Assembly: GCA_965603825.1 (NCBI GenBank)
Contig: CBFDEM010000034.1
Span: forward strand, 248,001-312,000
DNA length: 64,000 nt
Origin: Blepharisma stoltei ATCC 30299
Lineage: Eukaryota; Protista; Ciliophora
Direction of reading: 5' to 3'
Shown: positions 1 through 11,782 of the stretch, one piece after another
How positions within the stretch are numbered: position 1 is the stretch's first letter
Layout of the letters: the number at the start of each line of letters is the position of its first letter
Notes under the pieces: model-generated
Databases searched by the model: none
The model's input: only the letters and a program-made list of their open reading frames with translations
What the model was told of the DNA's origin: nothing
Made by a program: the position numbers and the translations under genes

Positions 1-748
1 CATCATTTACCACCTTAGGCATTTGAGGATGTGACATATCTTTATCAATGACGATTCCTCTGATAAGAGCAGTGTCTTCAAGTGACCCTCCAGGCTTACC
101 TTCAACTTTGATATGTTCAAAATTCACGTCTCTTCTGGTCAAGTCTGCGACGTCTAATACAGCTTCAACAGCAATATCAGCTAACTTCTGCTGGTGGGCT
201 GACACTACTTTGCTGCATAGAGCAGTCATGGCACATTTTTTGAGGACTTCATGGTTATTAGCCTGGATATCAAGCTCTTCTGAGGTGCTTTCGAGGTGTC
301 TCACTGCAATTTCACATGCACGCTCATAGCCGTCACAGATTCTCAATGGATGGATCCCTTTGTCAAGAAGACTGAGAGAACGTTCAAGCAAAGCTCCAGC
401 GAGCACGACGACTCCTGTTGTCCCGTCTCCGATCTCGTCATCTTGGGATTTGCTGAGCTCTACAAGGAGTTTTGCGATTTGGTGCTGGACTTCCATTTTG
501 TCTAGAATTGTAGCGCCGTCGTTGGTTACTGTGACATCTCCATCTTTGGAAACTAAAATTTTATCCATCCCGCATGGACCTAAGCTGGTTCTTAGAAGAT
601 TTGTGACAGCTCTGGCAGCTTGAATGTTGGCTTTTTGGGCTTCTAAACCTTTTACGCGGGCTTTCTTTTCTTGCTCTTTTATGATTATGAAAGGACGGCC
701 GAACTCATCAAAGGCTAAGAATTGTCCTTGATTCCCAAGTTGTGCCAT
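1..748 (-). CDS. CCT5: T-complex protein 1 subunit epsilon (CCT5), runs off the window at its 3' end
   Basis: Not in the ORF track. Manual translation from ATG at 748: [82 protein letters not shown]...[24 protein letters not shown] is typical of CCT-epsilon. Confidence 0.95.
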   Translation of the reverse strand, partial: MAQLGNQGQFLAFDEFGRPFIIIKEQEKKARVKGLEAQKANIQAARAVTNLLRTSLGPCGMDKILVSKDGDVTVTNDGATILDKMEVQHQIAKLLVELSKSQDDEIGDGTTGVVVLAGALLERSLSLLDKGIHPLRICDGYERACEIAVRHLESTSEELDIQANNHEVLKKCAMTALCSKVVSAHQQKLADIAVEAVLDVADLTRRDVNFEHIKVEGKPGGSLEDTALIRGIVIDKDMSHPQMPKVVND

Positions 749-891
749 ATTTTTATATTAAGGTGGCCAAATGAAATAGAATAGGAGATTTAAAATAGAT
801 AAATATAAAGAAATTAGGCAGAGAGATAAAGATAATTATTGGCTGAGCTTAGCTTAGAAATGTGTTGCTATCCCAACTTTAAGAGGGAAAA

Positions 892-965
892 TAGTTGCAA
901 ATTCTATTTAACTGGTAAAACTACATCTTAGTTGCAAATTCTATTTAACTGGTAAAACTACATCT
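892..965. repeat. Perfect 37-bp tandem duplication, 2 copies
   Basis: TAGTTGCAAATTCTATTTAACTGGTAAAACTACATCT at 892-928 and 929-965; includes the stop codon of the adjacent minus-strand gene. Confidence 0.95.
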
Positions 966-1837
966 TCTGAATCATCAAAAACACTTGGATAAGCATAGTA
1001 AATGTTTATCGTAATATCTTTCTCGTCAATTTTGCTAAGCTGCTGATCTTTAAGCTTATTGCAAATCTCTTTTTCGCTTAAAAGTGTTTCTCTTAAACTT
1101 TGGCTTTGATCCTGCAATTTTTTCATAGCCTCCAAGCTTTCTTCAAATTTTTGATTCATGGTTGCCTTTCTTTCTTCAATTTCTACATCTCGATGAGAAA
1201 TAGAATTAAGACTTGCCTTCAATTTTTCAATGATCTCTTTTTTCTCTCTATCGTCCTGACTTTGACTGTATTCTTTTGTTATATTTTCTTCTATATTGAT
1301 TTTCAAATAATTTAAATTTGCTATTAGTATGTCTAAATTTTCTATATCTGCGCTGCTGTTTATAGAAGAATTTGATATATAATTCAAACACTCGTCAATG
1401 TATTTAAGTGTCTCTTTAAAGTTTGCAATTGTTTGCTTATGATTATAGCTATTGCTTTCGTGGCTGTTCTTTAAAAATGTAACTTTTGCGGTGATTTCAT
1501 TGATGCTTTTATTTAACAGTTTATCTTGATTCTCTTTATTGGATTTAAGTGATAATATTTTAGCTTGAAGATCGCTTATTTTGGTGTCGAGATTAAATAC
1601 TTCAGACTCATACGTATGCAATTGCTGGCTACATTCAGAAGACCTCTTTCCTAAATCACTAACTGCTTGATTGTTTCCAATCAATGATTCGGCTGGTCTT
1701 TTTTTATGAACTTTGGATGCTTCCTCTTCTAAGGCTTTTGCTTCTAAATTAATTGAAGGATATATTTCTTTATTTATGCTTCTAATAGTAAAGCTTAATG
1801 TTCAGATTGCTAAGAAAATTTTCAGTTGAGTTTTCAT
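941..1837 (-). CDS. Putative secreted coiled-coil protein (298 aa)
   Basis: ORF 941..1684 extends upstream in frame through one TGA(W) to ATG at 1837: MKTQLKIFLAIWTLSFTIRS (signal-peptide-like), followed by a heptad-rich body. Confidence 0.7.
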
Positions 1838-1870
1838 TTTAACTCATTACTATAATAAACAATTTATCTA

Positions 1871-2572
1871 TTAAGTTTTATTAACTGATGAAAGATACCC
1901 AACAATAATCCCCGCAATTAAGCACATCAGAACATGGAATAACCCGAAACCTTTTGCAGCAGTCTCTGTTGTAGACCTCTTAGGATCGAATTCTCTTCTC
2001 TTCTGATCGTCATTTAGCTTTCTAAGCCTTGCTTCAAGCTCATTTTGCTGCTCCTCTAGTTTTGCATTGTAAATTTCTTGGTCATGCAATTGATTTTTCA
2101 TTTCTTCAACTTTCTCTGTTGATGGCTTAGGCTGAGGCTCCACAGGATCAATATAAACTGTGGTTCTTGGCTGAAAACTTCTTTTTTCACTAAGAATTGC
2201 TACACCAAGCTTTGTGCTTTGGGAGCCTTCTTTTGCATTGTTCCATAAGTCATTCACATCTTGAGCGGAGCATGTGGCAGGATTAAGTTGAGTGGGAATT
2301 GCTTGGACAAGAAAGCGATGAGAGACTTCGCCTGGGTGCTCAGATAGAGGCTGCATTATTATACTTAGTTCCTTGGCCTCTCCAGGGAACAAGATTCCTT
2401 GGCTTGGCCTAACAAGGTACGATTTAGGTGCAGTTGTACGAACTTTAAATGCCACCGGAGTAGTGTGTATATTTTTTAAATTTAGGGAAGTTGTCACTGT
2501 TGTACCCGGGATGAATTCAAATTCAAGCTCTTTATTAGGAATCATCATAAGGAATACCCGTTCAGTGTTCAT
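1871..2572 (-). CDS. VAMP-associated protein (VAP/Scs2 family): MSP domain, coiled coil, C-terminal TM
   Basis: VAFKVRTTAPKSYLVRP VAP signature; hydrophobic C-terminal tail. Confidence 0.92.
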   Translation of the reverse strand: MNTERVFLMMIPNKELEFEFIPGTTVTTSLNLKNIHTTPVAFKVRTTAPKSYLVRPSQGILFPGEAKELSIIMQPLSEHPGEVSHRFLVQAIPTQLNPATCSAQDVNDLWNNAKEGSQSTKLGVAILSEKRSFQPRTTVYIDPVEPQPKPSTEKVEEMKNQLHDQEIYNAKLEEQQNELEARLRKLNDDQKRREFDPKRSTTETAAKGFGLFHVLMCLIAGIIVGYLSSVNKT

Positions 2573-2837
2573 TTTGGTGACAATTATGAGATATTATAAC
2601 CATTTTATGTGCGGAAACAGAATAATTAAATTAAAAATCTTTGAATAATACTCTGATTTTAATTCTCCTAAAGAAATTGCAGTAATCCTCTTATTCTCTA
2701 ATAAAAACACTAGCATTATATCAGTTATTTTTAGAGCTTAAAGTTGGCTGTAAATATTTATAAACTTTTTCTCAAATTTCTTTTACTGAAAAGCAGTTTT
2801 AAATGGATAATAAAGACCAATTAAATGAATTAGTAAA

Positions 2838-3215
2838 ATGCAACAGCAAAAAGCCACACCAGATTACAGTACCTTTGATTTTACAAAGAACACAAAATAT
2901 CGTAAACATAGAATCAGCATTGTTTCGCCAGCGTTTTCTAAGACAACTTCAATGATTTCTTTAACTCCAAAAAAACCATTAGTTATGCCAAGATTAAAAT
3001 CTAGAGGATCTACAAGAAGGATTAAGCCGGAGCTCTCAAGTCTCTTTGAATCCAGCACAACTAGTTCTCAAATATGAAAGCCTTTTTCTCAATTTGCTAG
3101 AGCGTCATTTGTGAGACCACCTACAGGTGGAGGTTTCGCTGGAATGATTTTAACCAGAAATTCTAAGACTTTGGAATATTCAAATAGATTCAAAATCAAG
3201 CAAGATTTTTACTAA
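2838..3215 (+). CDS. Hypothetical basic protein (about 125 aa)
   Basis: ORF 2838..3077 continues through TGA(W) as WKPFSQFARASFVRPPTGGGFAGMIL... to TAA at 3213-3215. Start uncertain (alternative ATG at 2803). Confidence 0.55.
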
Positions 3216-3744
3216 ATATTAATTGTCCTGTATAGCTTTTATAAAATTTTTAATAATACTTATGAAAATAATAATGCAATACTTTTTCATTCGAAAATAA
3301 TCAGGTCAAATTATAAAAGAAAATTAAAATGTGATTAATTAAGTTTGCTATTATGAAAAAGCTAATAAGCTTGATAAATAATAATAAAAAATTAAATTTA
3401 GAAGCAGAGCATTTATCTTATCAATGAATTAAGTATCAAATATTATGAAGAATCCAAAATGGTATATTAGATTTAAGCTAGCTATTAATGCCAATCCTTA
3501 ACAAAGCCCTAGGTTATATTTGAAATTTCAATCAAAAATATGAATAAATTTATACTAAACGCTTTCTTAACGTGAAAATTATTTTTGAAGAGTTGATAAA
3601 ACCTAACTAATAAATTAAGTACTTCTACTCGAAGTGATTTTTATCATGAAATAGAATATTTAATAATATTAACCAAACTTCTTTGTTTTAGTGTAAACCC
3701 CAAAAATTATAAAATTTCTTATTTCTATAATTGATAAAAATAAA

Positions 3745-6198
3745 ATGAATTTTCAAAAACCAAATTCATTTCAGCAATTTGGCCAAACAGACCCTTCTGG
3801 CTTTCACTCTGGCTTTTCTAACTCATATGCATCTCAGCCTTTTTCATCTGGCTTTACCAAACCTCCTCAAGGAGGCTTTGGCATTCCTTCAGCAACGCCA
3901 GTGTCAACTTCTTCAACCTCTTTTTCTAATCCTCATTTTACTCAAAGCCAACCTTTTAACTCGAATCCTCCACAACCTTCAGGCTTCTCCCAAGCTCAGT
4001 TCCAAAATGCCGGAACCCAACAGCCATTTGGAGCACAGCCAGCCCCCCTATTTTCAAGCCCCATGAATGTAGCTGGAAGTCCTATGAAAGGATTTCAATC
4101 AAGTTTTCAGCAGAATTCTCCAGCCATGAATAACTCTGCAAATGGGACAAAAAGCACAAGATATAGAGAAGATTCATCGACAGAAACGCATATTGGCATA
4201 ACATCTATTTCTGGGCTAGATGAATTTCAAAATAGATCCATTGAAGAATTAAGATTTGAGGACTATAAATTTAATGATGGGTATATCAGAAATACCCAAA
4301 CAGGAGTTTATCCTATAATTAGTCAACCTCCTCCTTTTTCAGGAGCCACAAGCAGTTTTGGAGGGATTAGGTCAGCTTTGAAAACTGCAAATACTTTTCC
4401 AAACGTTTCAGGGGCAGCACCAACAAGTAATACAGCTAATATATCAAATTTTGGAGGAAATATTCCACAAAATCAATGGAACTCAAATGGAAGCTTCTCT
4501 GCAGGCACTCAACAAAACTCTGTGCAGTCTATTTTCAGCCAAACTTCAACATCAAATACTACAGTTGGATCATCATCAGGATCTTCAATCTCAGGAGGAG
4601 CAAGCTCAATTTGGCAAACTCAAACCCAAAACTCTTTATTTTCTCAGCCAAATCCTCTATTTCCTCAAACCACAGGTCAACAAACATTTAGCCAAGCATC
4701 AAATATTGGAAGTATGAGTTCTCAAGCCCCCAATAAATCGTTGTTTGGAAATATAAATAATGCTCCTACTCAGCAGATAGTCATTCAGCCTATAATGCAA
4801 GCTTCATTATTTGGAAGCATAAATCCACCTCAAGCTCCATTATTTCCTACAAATATTCAACAAAGTAATCCACAGCCAAGCTCCTTATTTGGAGCAAATT
4901 CTTCAAACAGCCAATTTGCAGGAGCTTCTATAAGTTCGCTCAGTAGCAGTTTATTTGCAAATCCTCAACAGCAAGCTCCATATTATAATCCTCCTCAGCA
5001 AACCCAAGCATCTTTATTCAGTTCTGCACAGCCAATGGGAGGAAATTTATTTCCAAACAACCCTCAAAAGCCAGCTGGGCTTTTTGCTCCAACGCAGCCT
5101 AACCTCAGTCAAGCTCAAATTCCTCATATGGATGCACTGCTAACTGCATTTAAAGATCCCCAAGGGCTATTATCTATTTTCTCTTATAATTCTCTTGAAG
5201 AAATCGTTTCTTCATATAAAAGAGACACTGATCTGTTTAAACTGCCTAAGAAAACCAGTCTTATTTCTCGTTTTTCAGATACTCCAAAGCTCAGCCATGA
5301 CTCAGATTTTAATAAATGGAGGCAGAATATAGATAGAAGATCCCTCACGCCAAAATTAAAATGAGAGCCCTCCAGATTCAGTCCTATATTAGATAGAAAA
5401 GAAAGATACGTGATCACTAAAAAATCGTCTTTTGAAAAGTTAAGACTTGAGGAATATGAGGGAGAAGACAATTCCAAATATTTTAAGGCTGTTTCCTCAT
5501 CATCAGACTCCCCTAAACGTGTAAAAACCACTGAAATTATAGCCACAACATATAACCCCTATCCAATTAGAATGGCTATTACAGTCATTTCCACCACAAC
5601 AATACAAGAAATCAAATACAAAGTTTTTAAAAAGCTTGAGTGGGTTGAGATGTCAAGAATCCAACTGACGTTTAAGTCAAAAATATTACAAGACTCAGAT
5701 ACTATCAAATCTCTAAGCATGATCCATCATGATGCCATTGATGTAATTGTAACACAAGAGCCTCAAGAGCCTAAAGAAACGTTTGCTCCTGTAGATCTGC
5801 TTCCGAAGCTTAAAAGACCTGAATACTTCACGACGCCGTCAATGATAGAAATTGCTCGTATGACAACAGAGGAAATTAAAAGTATAAAAAATTTTACTAT
5901 AGAAAATAAATTTGGGAAAATTGTTTTTGATGGAGAAACAAATATGACGGGCTTAAATTTAGATGAAATAGTAGAAATTCAGCAAAATGAAATCAATGTA
6001 TATCCAAATGATCAAGATAAGCCTAAGATTGGAGAAGGGCTTAACAAGCCAGCAACAATTTATTTATTTAATTGTGTAGCAAAGAAAAATAAGACAGACA
6101 ATGAATTTAGAAAAAAACTAAAAGGGATAGCTGATATTGAATTTGTCAATTGGGATAGAATATCAAAAATCTGGGTGTTTAAAGTTAAGCATTTTTAA
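3745..6198 (+). CDS. NUP98: Nup98-family FG nucleoporin (817 aa): FG/LF repeats, GLEBS motif, ubiquitin-like segment, autoproteolytic domain ending in HF-stop
   Basis: ORFs 3745..5364 and 5410..6198 are in the same frame, joined by TGA(W). GLEBS-like TSISGLDEFQNRSIEELRFEDYK; SLFG/SLFS/PLFP repeats; peptidase S59-like domain YFTTPSM...NFTIENKFGKIVF...VYP...GEGLNKPATIYL...WVFKVKHF. Confidence 0.92.
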
Positions 6199-6379
6199 AT
6201 TTAATTTAATAGCTTAATTGTTTAGGCGATGATTTCTAGCAGATACTAGTTAATATGGGTATTCTAGCTGTTGTTCAGCTATGTGTGGAGATATGATATA
6301 TAAATAATTTAGCGAATTCCAAATAAATTAAGTAGAAAGCACTTAATTTTCAATTTTTAAATTAATAAAAATAAAAATA

Positions 6380-8364
6380 AACATTCAAAATCCATTTAAA
6401 CCTACTTGGCTTCAATACTAGCTTTTCTATTTCAAATCCTCTCAATCATCTCGGCCTAATGCTTCCTATTTTGCAAAACCCTCTCAATTTACACTTAGTA
6501 TCCCCTTATCTATACTTGAGCAAGCTTCTACAACTTCATTTATTTCAAGGCCATTCATTTAATACAAATTCTAAATCACCTTCACTATAACCCAAACAAT
6601 ATTCAAAATGCAGGAACCTAACAGCCATTTGGAGGGCAGCCAGCCCCCTATTTTCAAGCTCCACGAATTTAGCTGGAAGTCCTATGGAAGGGTTTCAATC
6701 AGACTTTCAACAGAATTCTCCAGTTATGGATAACTCTGCAAAAGGGACAAAAAGCACAAGATATCGAGTCGTACACATACTGAAGATTGTTGGCTTAACT
6801 TACATTCCTGAGCTAGATTTCAAAATAGATCCATTGAAGAATTAAGGTTTGAGGACTATAAATTTAATGAATGGCATAAAAGGAATATCCAAATAAGAAT
6901 TTATCCTATAATTAGTCAACCAAATTTTATTTTTTCACAAACCAAAAGTCAGCAGTTAAGTTAACCATTGGATATAGGAGATTCTGATTCTAAAGCCTAC
7001 TTTAAATCGCAGTTGGAAAATACCACTGATAAGCTAATCATGCTTAGGCAATATTTGATGTCAATTTAAACCAGGCGCACTTCAATAATTTCTATGAATA
7101 TTCAACAAAATAAGACACAGCCATTCTCTTTCTTCAGACCAAGTACTCAAATAGCCAATTACAGGACTTAGCATAAGTTCTCTAGGCCACTATCTACTTT
7201 GAAAAATCCAATCCCAAGCTCCTTATATCCCCCTTAGCAAGCACCAGAATCTTTATTTAGTTGTACACATCTAATAGGATAGTGCTTATTTTTAAGCTAT
7301 TTTCGAAAGCTATCTGAAGCCTTCTCTCAAACAGAGACTAGCCTATAAAGTCAAACTCAATTTTCTAGAACACATGGGTTTTGAATAATCAAAAGATAAT
7401 CCTAGCGATCTCTGTTCAAATTTTCTACTGAAATTTCGTTTTGAATTGAATAAAGAAGACTGCGCTGGCTAATAATTCTGAAATTCTAGCATTTTAGCTC
7501 AATTTTCAGATACTCCAAGACTAGCCGATGACGTAGACCCAATAAATGGAGGCAGAATATAGACAAAAGTCCATCCACTCCTAAAATTAAAAGAAACTTA
7601 CTAAAAGTAAGGCCAATTGAAGAAAAAGTAAATGATATCAACCCTGAAAAATCATCTTGTGAAAAGTGAAGTTTGAAGAAATAAGATGAAAAATCAAGAC
7701 CGTTTCATTATCCCAAAATTCGCCTAATTTTGCGGAGAAAACTGAAATTATAGTAGCCTATATCCAGTTAGAACGATAATTTCGCCCACCTCCAGTGCAA
7801 TAATAAAGGAAATCAGATACAAAATTCTTCAACATGTAACATCGATAGAAGAATCTGACGTTTAAATCAAAAATCTTACAAGACTCAGGCTCCATAAAAT
7901 CTCTAAACATGATCCTTCATGACGAAATTAATGCAATTGTCATCCTATAGAAGTTAGAGCCAAAACAAGAGCCATCTCTTTTGATGTGCTTCCGAAGCTC
8001 ACAAATCCCAATGCTTCACTAAGCTTTCAATGGTAAAACTTTCACGTATGACCGCAGAAGAGCTTAAAAGTGAAAAGAATTTCACTATAGAAAACAAATT
8101 TGAAAAAATTGTTTTCGATGGAGAAACAAATGTGACGAGCTTAAATTTAGATGAAATAGTGAAGATAGACTCAAGAGGAGTCAGGATAAAGCATAATAGT
8201 CGCTATGTAAAATTGAAGAAAGGCTCAACAGGTCAGCAACAATTTATTTATACAATTTTGCTCCTTATTTCTAGAAAACCTTATAAAAAATTCAGAGTGA
8301 TTTAAAAGAATTTGTCATCTGTGACTCAATACCAAAACCTGGGTGTTAAAGTTAAGCACTTTAA
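6380..8364 (+). pseudogene. Degenerate tandem copy of the upstream Nup98 gene
   Basis: Colinear similarity: about 6604-6765 to about 4004-4165; about 6820-6920 to the GLEBS region; about 7500-7590 to 5270-5360; 8030-8364 to the C-terminal domain (NFTIENKFEKIVFDGETNVTSLNLDEIV; ends gttaagcacttt). Many stops and frameshifts; FG region partly deleted. Left boundary approximate. Confidence 0.88.
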
Positions 8365-8436
8365 ATTTTTAATTTAATTACTAAATAAATTAACCATTTT
8401 GGGGTAATAATCTCCACGTATGATAATAATAAAATA

Positions 8437-9072
8437 ATGGCTTGCCAAAGATCATATTTTCCTAAAGCTGAAATCAGAAAACCTGCCCCAGCTTTTACAG
8501 CTACCGCTTGGGATGGAAACAGAATCCGTCAAGTTTCTTTATCAGACTTCAAGGGGAAATATGTTGTTCTTTTCTTCTACCCATTGGACTTCACCTTTGT
8601 CTGCCCAACTGAAATTGTCCAGTTCAATGACACTGCTCCAGAATTCAGAGCCAACAACTGTGAAGTCTTAGCCTGCTCAGTTGACTCTGTGTTTACCCAC
8701 AGAGAATACACCCTTAAATCAAGAGCTGACGGAGGCCTTGGCAGAATGCAGATCCCTCTTATTGCAGATCTTAACAAGCAGATTGGAAAGGACTATGGTG
8801 TCTACCTTGACCACTCAGGAGATGAAGGTGTGTCCTTGAGAGGAACTTTCATCGTTGATAAGGATGGAATTCTGAGACATATTTCAGTCAATGACCTACC
8901 TGTAGGAAGAAATGTCAGAGAAATCCTAAGATTGGTACAAGCATTCCAATACACTGATGAACACGGAGAAGTCTGTCCTGAGTCATGGGCTCCTGGCGCT
9001 GCTACTATGGTGCCTAATCATGAAAGTGACCAACTCCAAAACTTCTGGCAAAACCAGCATGCTAAGCACTAA
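8437..9072 (+). CDS. Typical 2-Cys peroxiredoxin (Prx1/AhpC-TSA family)
   Basis: [18 protein letters not shown] and GEVCP motifs. Confidence 0.96.
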   Translation: MACQRSYFPKAEIRKPAPAFTATAWDGNRIRQVSLSDFKGKYVVLFFYPLDFTFVCPTEIVQFNDTAPEFRANNCEVLACSVDSVFTHREYTLKSRADGGLGRMQIPLIADLNKQIGKDYGVYLDHSGDEGVSLRGTFIVDKDGILRHISVNDLPVGRNVREILRLVQAFQYTDEHGEVCPESWAPGAATMVPNHESDQLQNFWQNQHAKH

Positions 9073-9350
9073 TAAGCTAAACCATTCTTAAAATAATTTG
9101 GCTGTAAAAAATAAGAATTTTTGGATGAAATTAGTTAGTTTTTGCAATTTCTGAATAAATTTGTGCATGTTTTTAATTTATTATTTATATTGATCGAAAT
9201 ACTTTACAAAAAAACGCATCCTAATTGAAGGAAATAGATGGAGGCATAATTATTAACTTTTATATGCAAATAAAATCAATTAATTTGCACTATTTTTGCT
9301 AAATTATTGTTGGAAACGCTTAATGAGCACAGTCTATCTGTTTTAAATAA

Positions 9351-10064
9351 ATGGAGCAAAAGATCAAAGGACTCAAAGCTTGGAGCTGCATAGGAACAGG
9401 AATTATAGTCCTTGTGCTATTTACTACAATCCCTGGCGCTAAAGAATTACTTGCTGGTCTCTTCAGGTCATTAAAAAATTTGGGAGGCTTCGGACTGATT
9501 ATTTTTATGGCATTTTACGCTATATGTTTAGCAATATCAATTCCAATTACTATGCTAAATATTTCATTAAGCTTTTTATATAGCTTTTGGACTGCGTTTT
9601 TAATCAGTGGTGTTGGAGCTTTTGTTGGGACAATTATTTGCTATGTTTTAGGCAAAAGTTTATTGAGAGATTCATGCAAAGAACTTTTTGATAGTTATCA
9701 ATCAACAAAAGCTATGGCTTCTGCAATAGAGGAAAGCCAATGGAAGTTTGTCTTTTTAATTTGGATGATAAGTGCTCCAGTTTCAGTCAAAAATTATGGA
9801 TTAGCTAGCTTGAACGTAAGGTTTTTACCATATATAGTGATAGGTACAGCCACAAGTCTGTTTAATAACGCAACTCACATTTTCTTAGGAAGCAAAGCCC
9901 AAGCTTTATATAAAGAAGTGGAGCATGGAGAGTTTTTAACATATGAAATGCTGTTCTTCGTAGTTTCAATTGTGTTCAGTGGGATCGCATTTGCTGGTTT
10001 AAGCCTTTTTGTCCATAAATCATTGAGAGCTGAGTCCAAATATGAAGAAATGAATATGGTCTAG
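9351..10064 (+). CDS. TVP38/TMEM64 (DedA/VTT, SNARE-associated Golgi) membrane protein
   Basis: Multiple TM helices; GAFVGTIICYVLGK and APVSVKNYGLA...VRFLPYIVIGT pattern. Confidence 0.8.
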   Translation: MEQKIKGLKAWSCIGTGIIVLVLFTTIPGAKELLAGLFRSLKNLGGFGLIIFMAFYAICLAISIPITMLNISLSFLYSFWTAFLISGVGAFVGTIICYVLGKSLLRDSCKELFDSYQSTKAMASAIEESQWKFVFLIWMISAPVSVKNYGLASLNVRFLPYIVIGTATSLFNNATHIFLGSKAQALYKEVEHGEFLTYEMLFFVVSIVFSGIAFAGLSLFVHKSLRAESKYEEMNMV

Positions 10065-10270
10065 ATCATTTGTGATATTCATATTATTAATAGATATCTG
10101 AAATAAATCCATATCACATATAAAAACTTCCCTTATCTTTTAATATTATTTATTATCTGATCTAATAATAAAAAAAAACTCTATATACCTATAAAATATT
10201 TTCCAATTAAAAAATATCAGCAAACATAACTGCAAAGTGATAAAAATTAATTTTTGTTATATATATCAAA

Positions 10271-10963
10271 ATGTCAGAGATGTACCAGAGCTTCGAGCAG
10301 GATTTTTGCAAATCTCTAAATTCTATCCAAAAAAAGGTATCATCCCTTCCAAACCAAAGTAAAGAACTTAAAGAACTTGCCATAACTGAAGGAGTCAAAG
10401 AAATCTCCGACGCAGAAAAATGTGTAAGTTCCACATAGCTTCGCCAAATGGAAATCGAGCTATCAATGATGCCAGCAGCATCACGAGCACAAATTCAGTC
10501 TCAAGTCAGACGGTACCGAGAAGACTTTGAACAAACAAAGCGCGCTTTCAGACAGGAGGAAGCGTCCTATGCTGATCAAAAATCAAGAGAAACTCTTATG
10601 GGGGCACGTTTAGATAATGTAATTGTTACTTAGGGTTTTGGGAGGCCTAATGAGCATAGAGAAAGACTGCTAAATACTCATCAAGTAATAGCTGATCAAA
10701 ATAATAGGCTGGATGAAGGGAAAAGAATTGCATTAGAAGCTGAAGGGGTAGCAATTGAGACCATGAACCAGCTCAAAGGACAGAGAGACCTTTTAACAAG
10801 ATCTATTTCAAATAACAGAGAAGTCGGAAATAATTTATCAAAAGGAAACACATTGATCAGTACAATGACGAGAAGAGCAATTCAAAACAAGCTGCTGATC
10901 ATTGGAATAGTCATTTTGCTACTTGGAGTTATGTGTCTCTTAGTTTATATGAAATTAAGATAA
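10271..10963 (+). CDS. VTI1: Vti1-family Qb-SNARE with two 15-nt introns
   Basis: MSEMYQSFEQDF...EKC^LRQMEIEL...ARLDN^GFGRPNEHRERLL...IALEAEGVAIETMNQLKGQRDLL...MTRRAIQNK plus TM. Introns at 10424-10438 and 10619-10633. Confidence 0.92.
10424..10438 (+). other. 15-nt spliceosomal intron
   Basis: GTAAGTTCCACATAG; removal deletes an in-frame TAG and restores Vti1. Confidence 0.9.
10619..10633 (+). other. 15-nt spliceosomal intron
   Basis: GTAATTGTTACTTAG; removal deletes an in-frame TAG and restores Vti1. Confidence 0.9.
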
Positions 10964-11281
10964 GGGTTGAAAATAATTTTATGATAATCACTGCACATTA
11001 AATAGAGATTTATAGATTGAATTGCACAATTTGTCAACAGTAATTTGAATATATTCCCATATTAAAAAGACTAATAGATATTTAAATTAAAGCGGCGTTA
11101 TGATATCAATTTCATAGAGTAATAGACTATACAAGCATAAAAATATAGAAAGGCTTATATTTATTGCAAAGGAAATTTCTCATAATTATTTAAATTTAGC
11201 AGCTACTATATCCCCAATTAAATATTTGAAATTTTGGCTCGCATTTGTAAAATCCTTCAATTTTACTAGATAAGCTAAATT

Positions 11282-11782
11282 TTAGAATAAATTAGTCTTT
11301 TTCATGATTCTTAAAAAGTCTTCTTGGTTTACTGCGCCATCTCCATCTCTATCAGCTTCTTCAATCATTTCCATAAGTTCTTCATCTGTCATATTTTCAC
11401 CAAGTTCTCTTGCTACACGCTTGAGTTTGTTGAAAGTGATGGTTCCGCTTCCATCATCGTCAAAAAGTCTGAACGCCTTAAGAATTTCTTCTTTTGGATC
11501 CCTCTCAGCCATTTTCGCAGCCATCATGTCAAGGAATTCAGGGAATTCAATAGTCCCTGAGCCGTCTTTGTCGACTTCTGCAATCATTCGTCTGACTTCT
11601 TCTTTTTTAGGCTCAAATCCTAAGGCTCTCATTGCAACTTTAAGTTCTTTGGAGTCAATGCTTCCAGATCCATCTGTATCGAAAAGGTCAAAAGCTTCTT
11701 TTATTTCTTGTTTTTGTTCTTCAGTTAGCTCTTGGCGTCCTTTGCGGCCTCCACGTGGCGCGGGTCTTCTAGCTGCTGACAT
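11282..11782 (-). CDS. Centrin (canonical centrin-1/2/caltractin type)
   Basis: [23 protein letters not shown]...[17 protein letters not shown]...KKTNLF; four EF-hands. Confidence 0.97.
   Translation of the reverse strand: MSAARRPAPRGGRKGRQELTEEQKQEIKEAFDLFDTDGSGSIDSKELKVAMRALGFEPKKEEVRRMIAEVDKDGSGTIEFPEFLDMMAAKMAERDPKEEILKAFRLFDDDGSGTITFNKLKRVARELGENMTDEELMEMIEEADRDGDGAVNQEDFLRIMKKTNLF

Noticed and set aside
48-623. Plus-strand ORFs 48..329, 296..505 and 360..623
   Set aside because: Antisense shadows of CCT5.
892-965. 37-bp direct repeat as a CRISPR-like array
   Set aside because: Two abutting copies with no spacer, eukaryotic context and no cas genes.
8030-8305. 91-aa ORF as an independent gene
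   Set aside because: It is a frameshifted piece of the Nup98 pseudogene.
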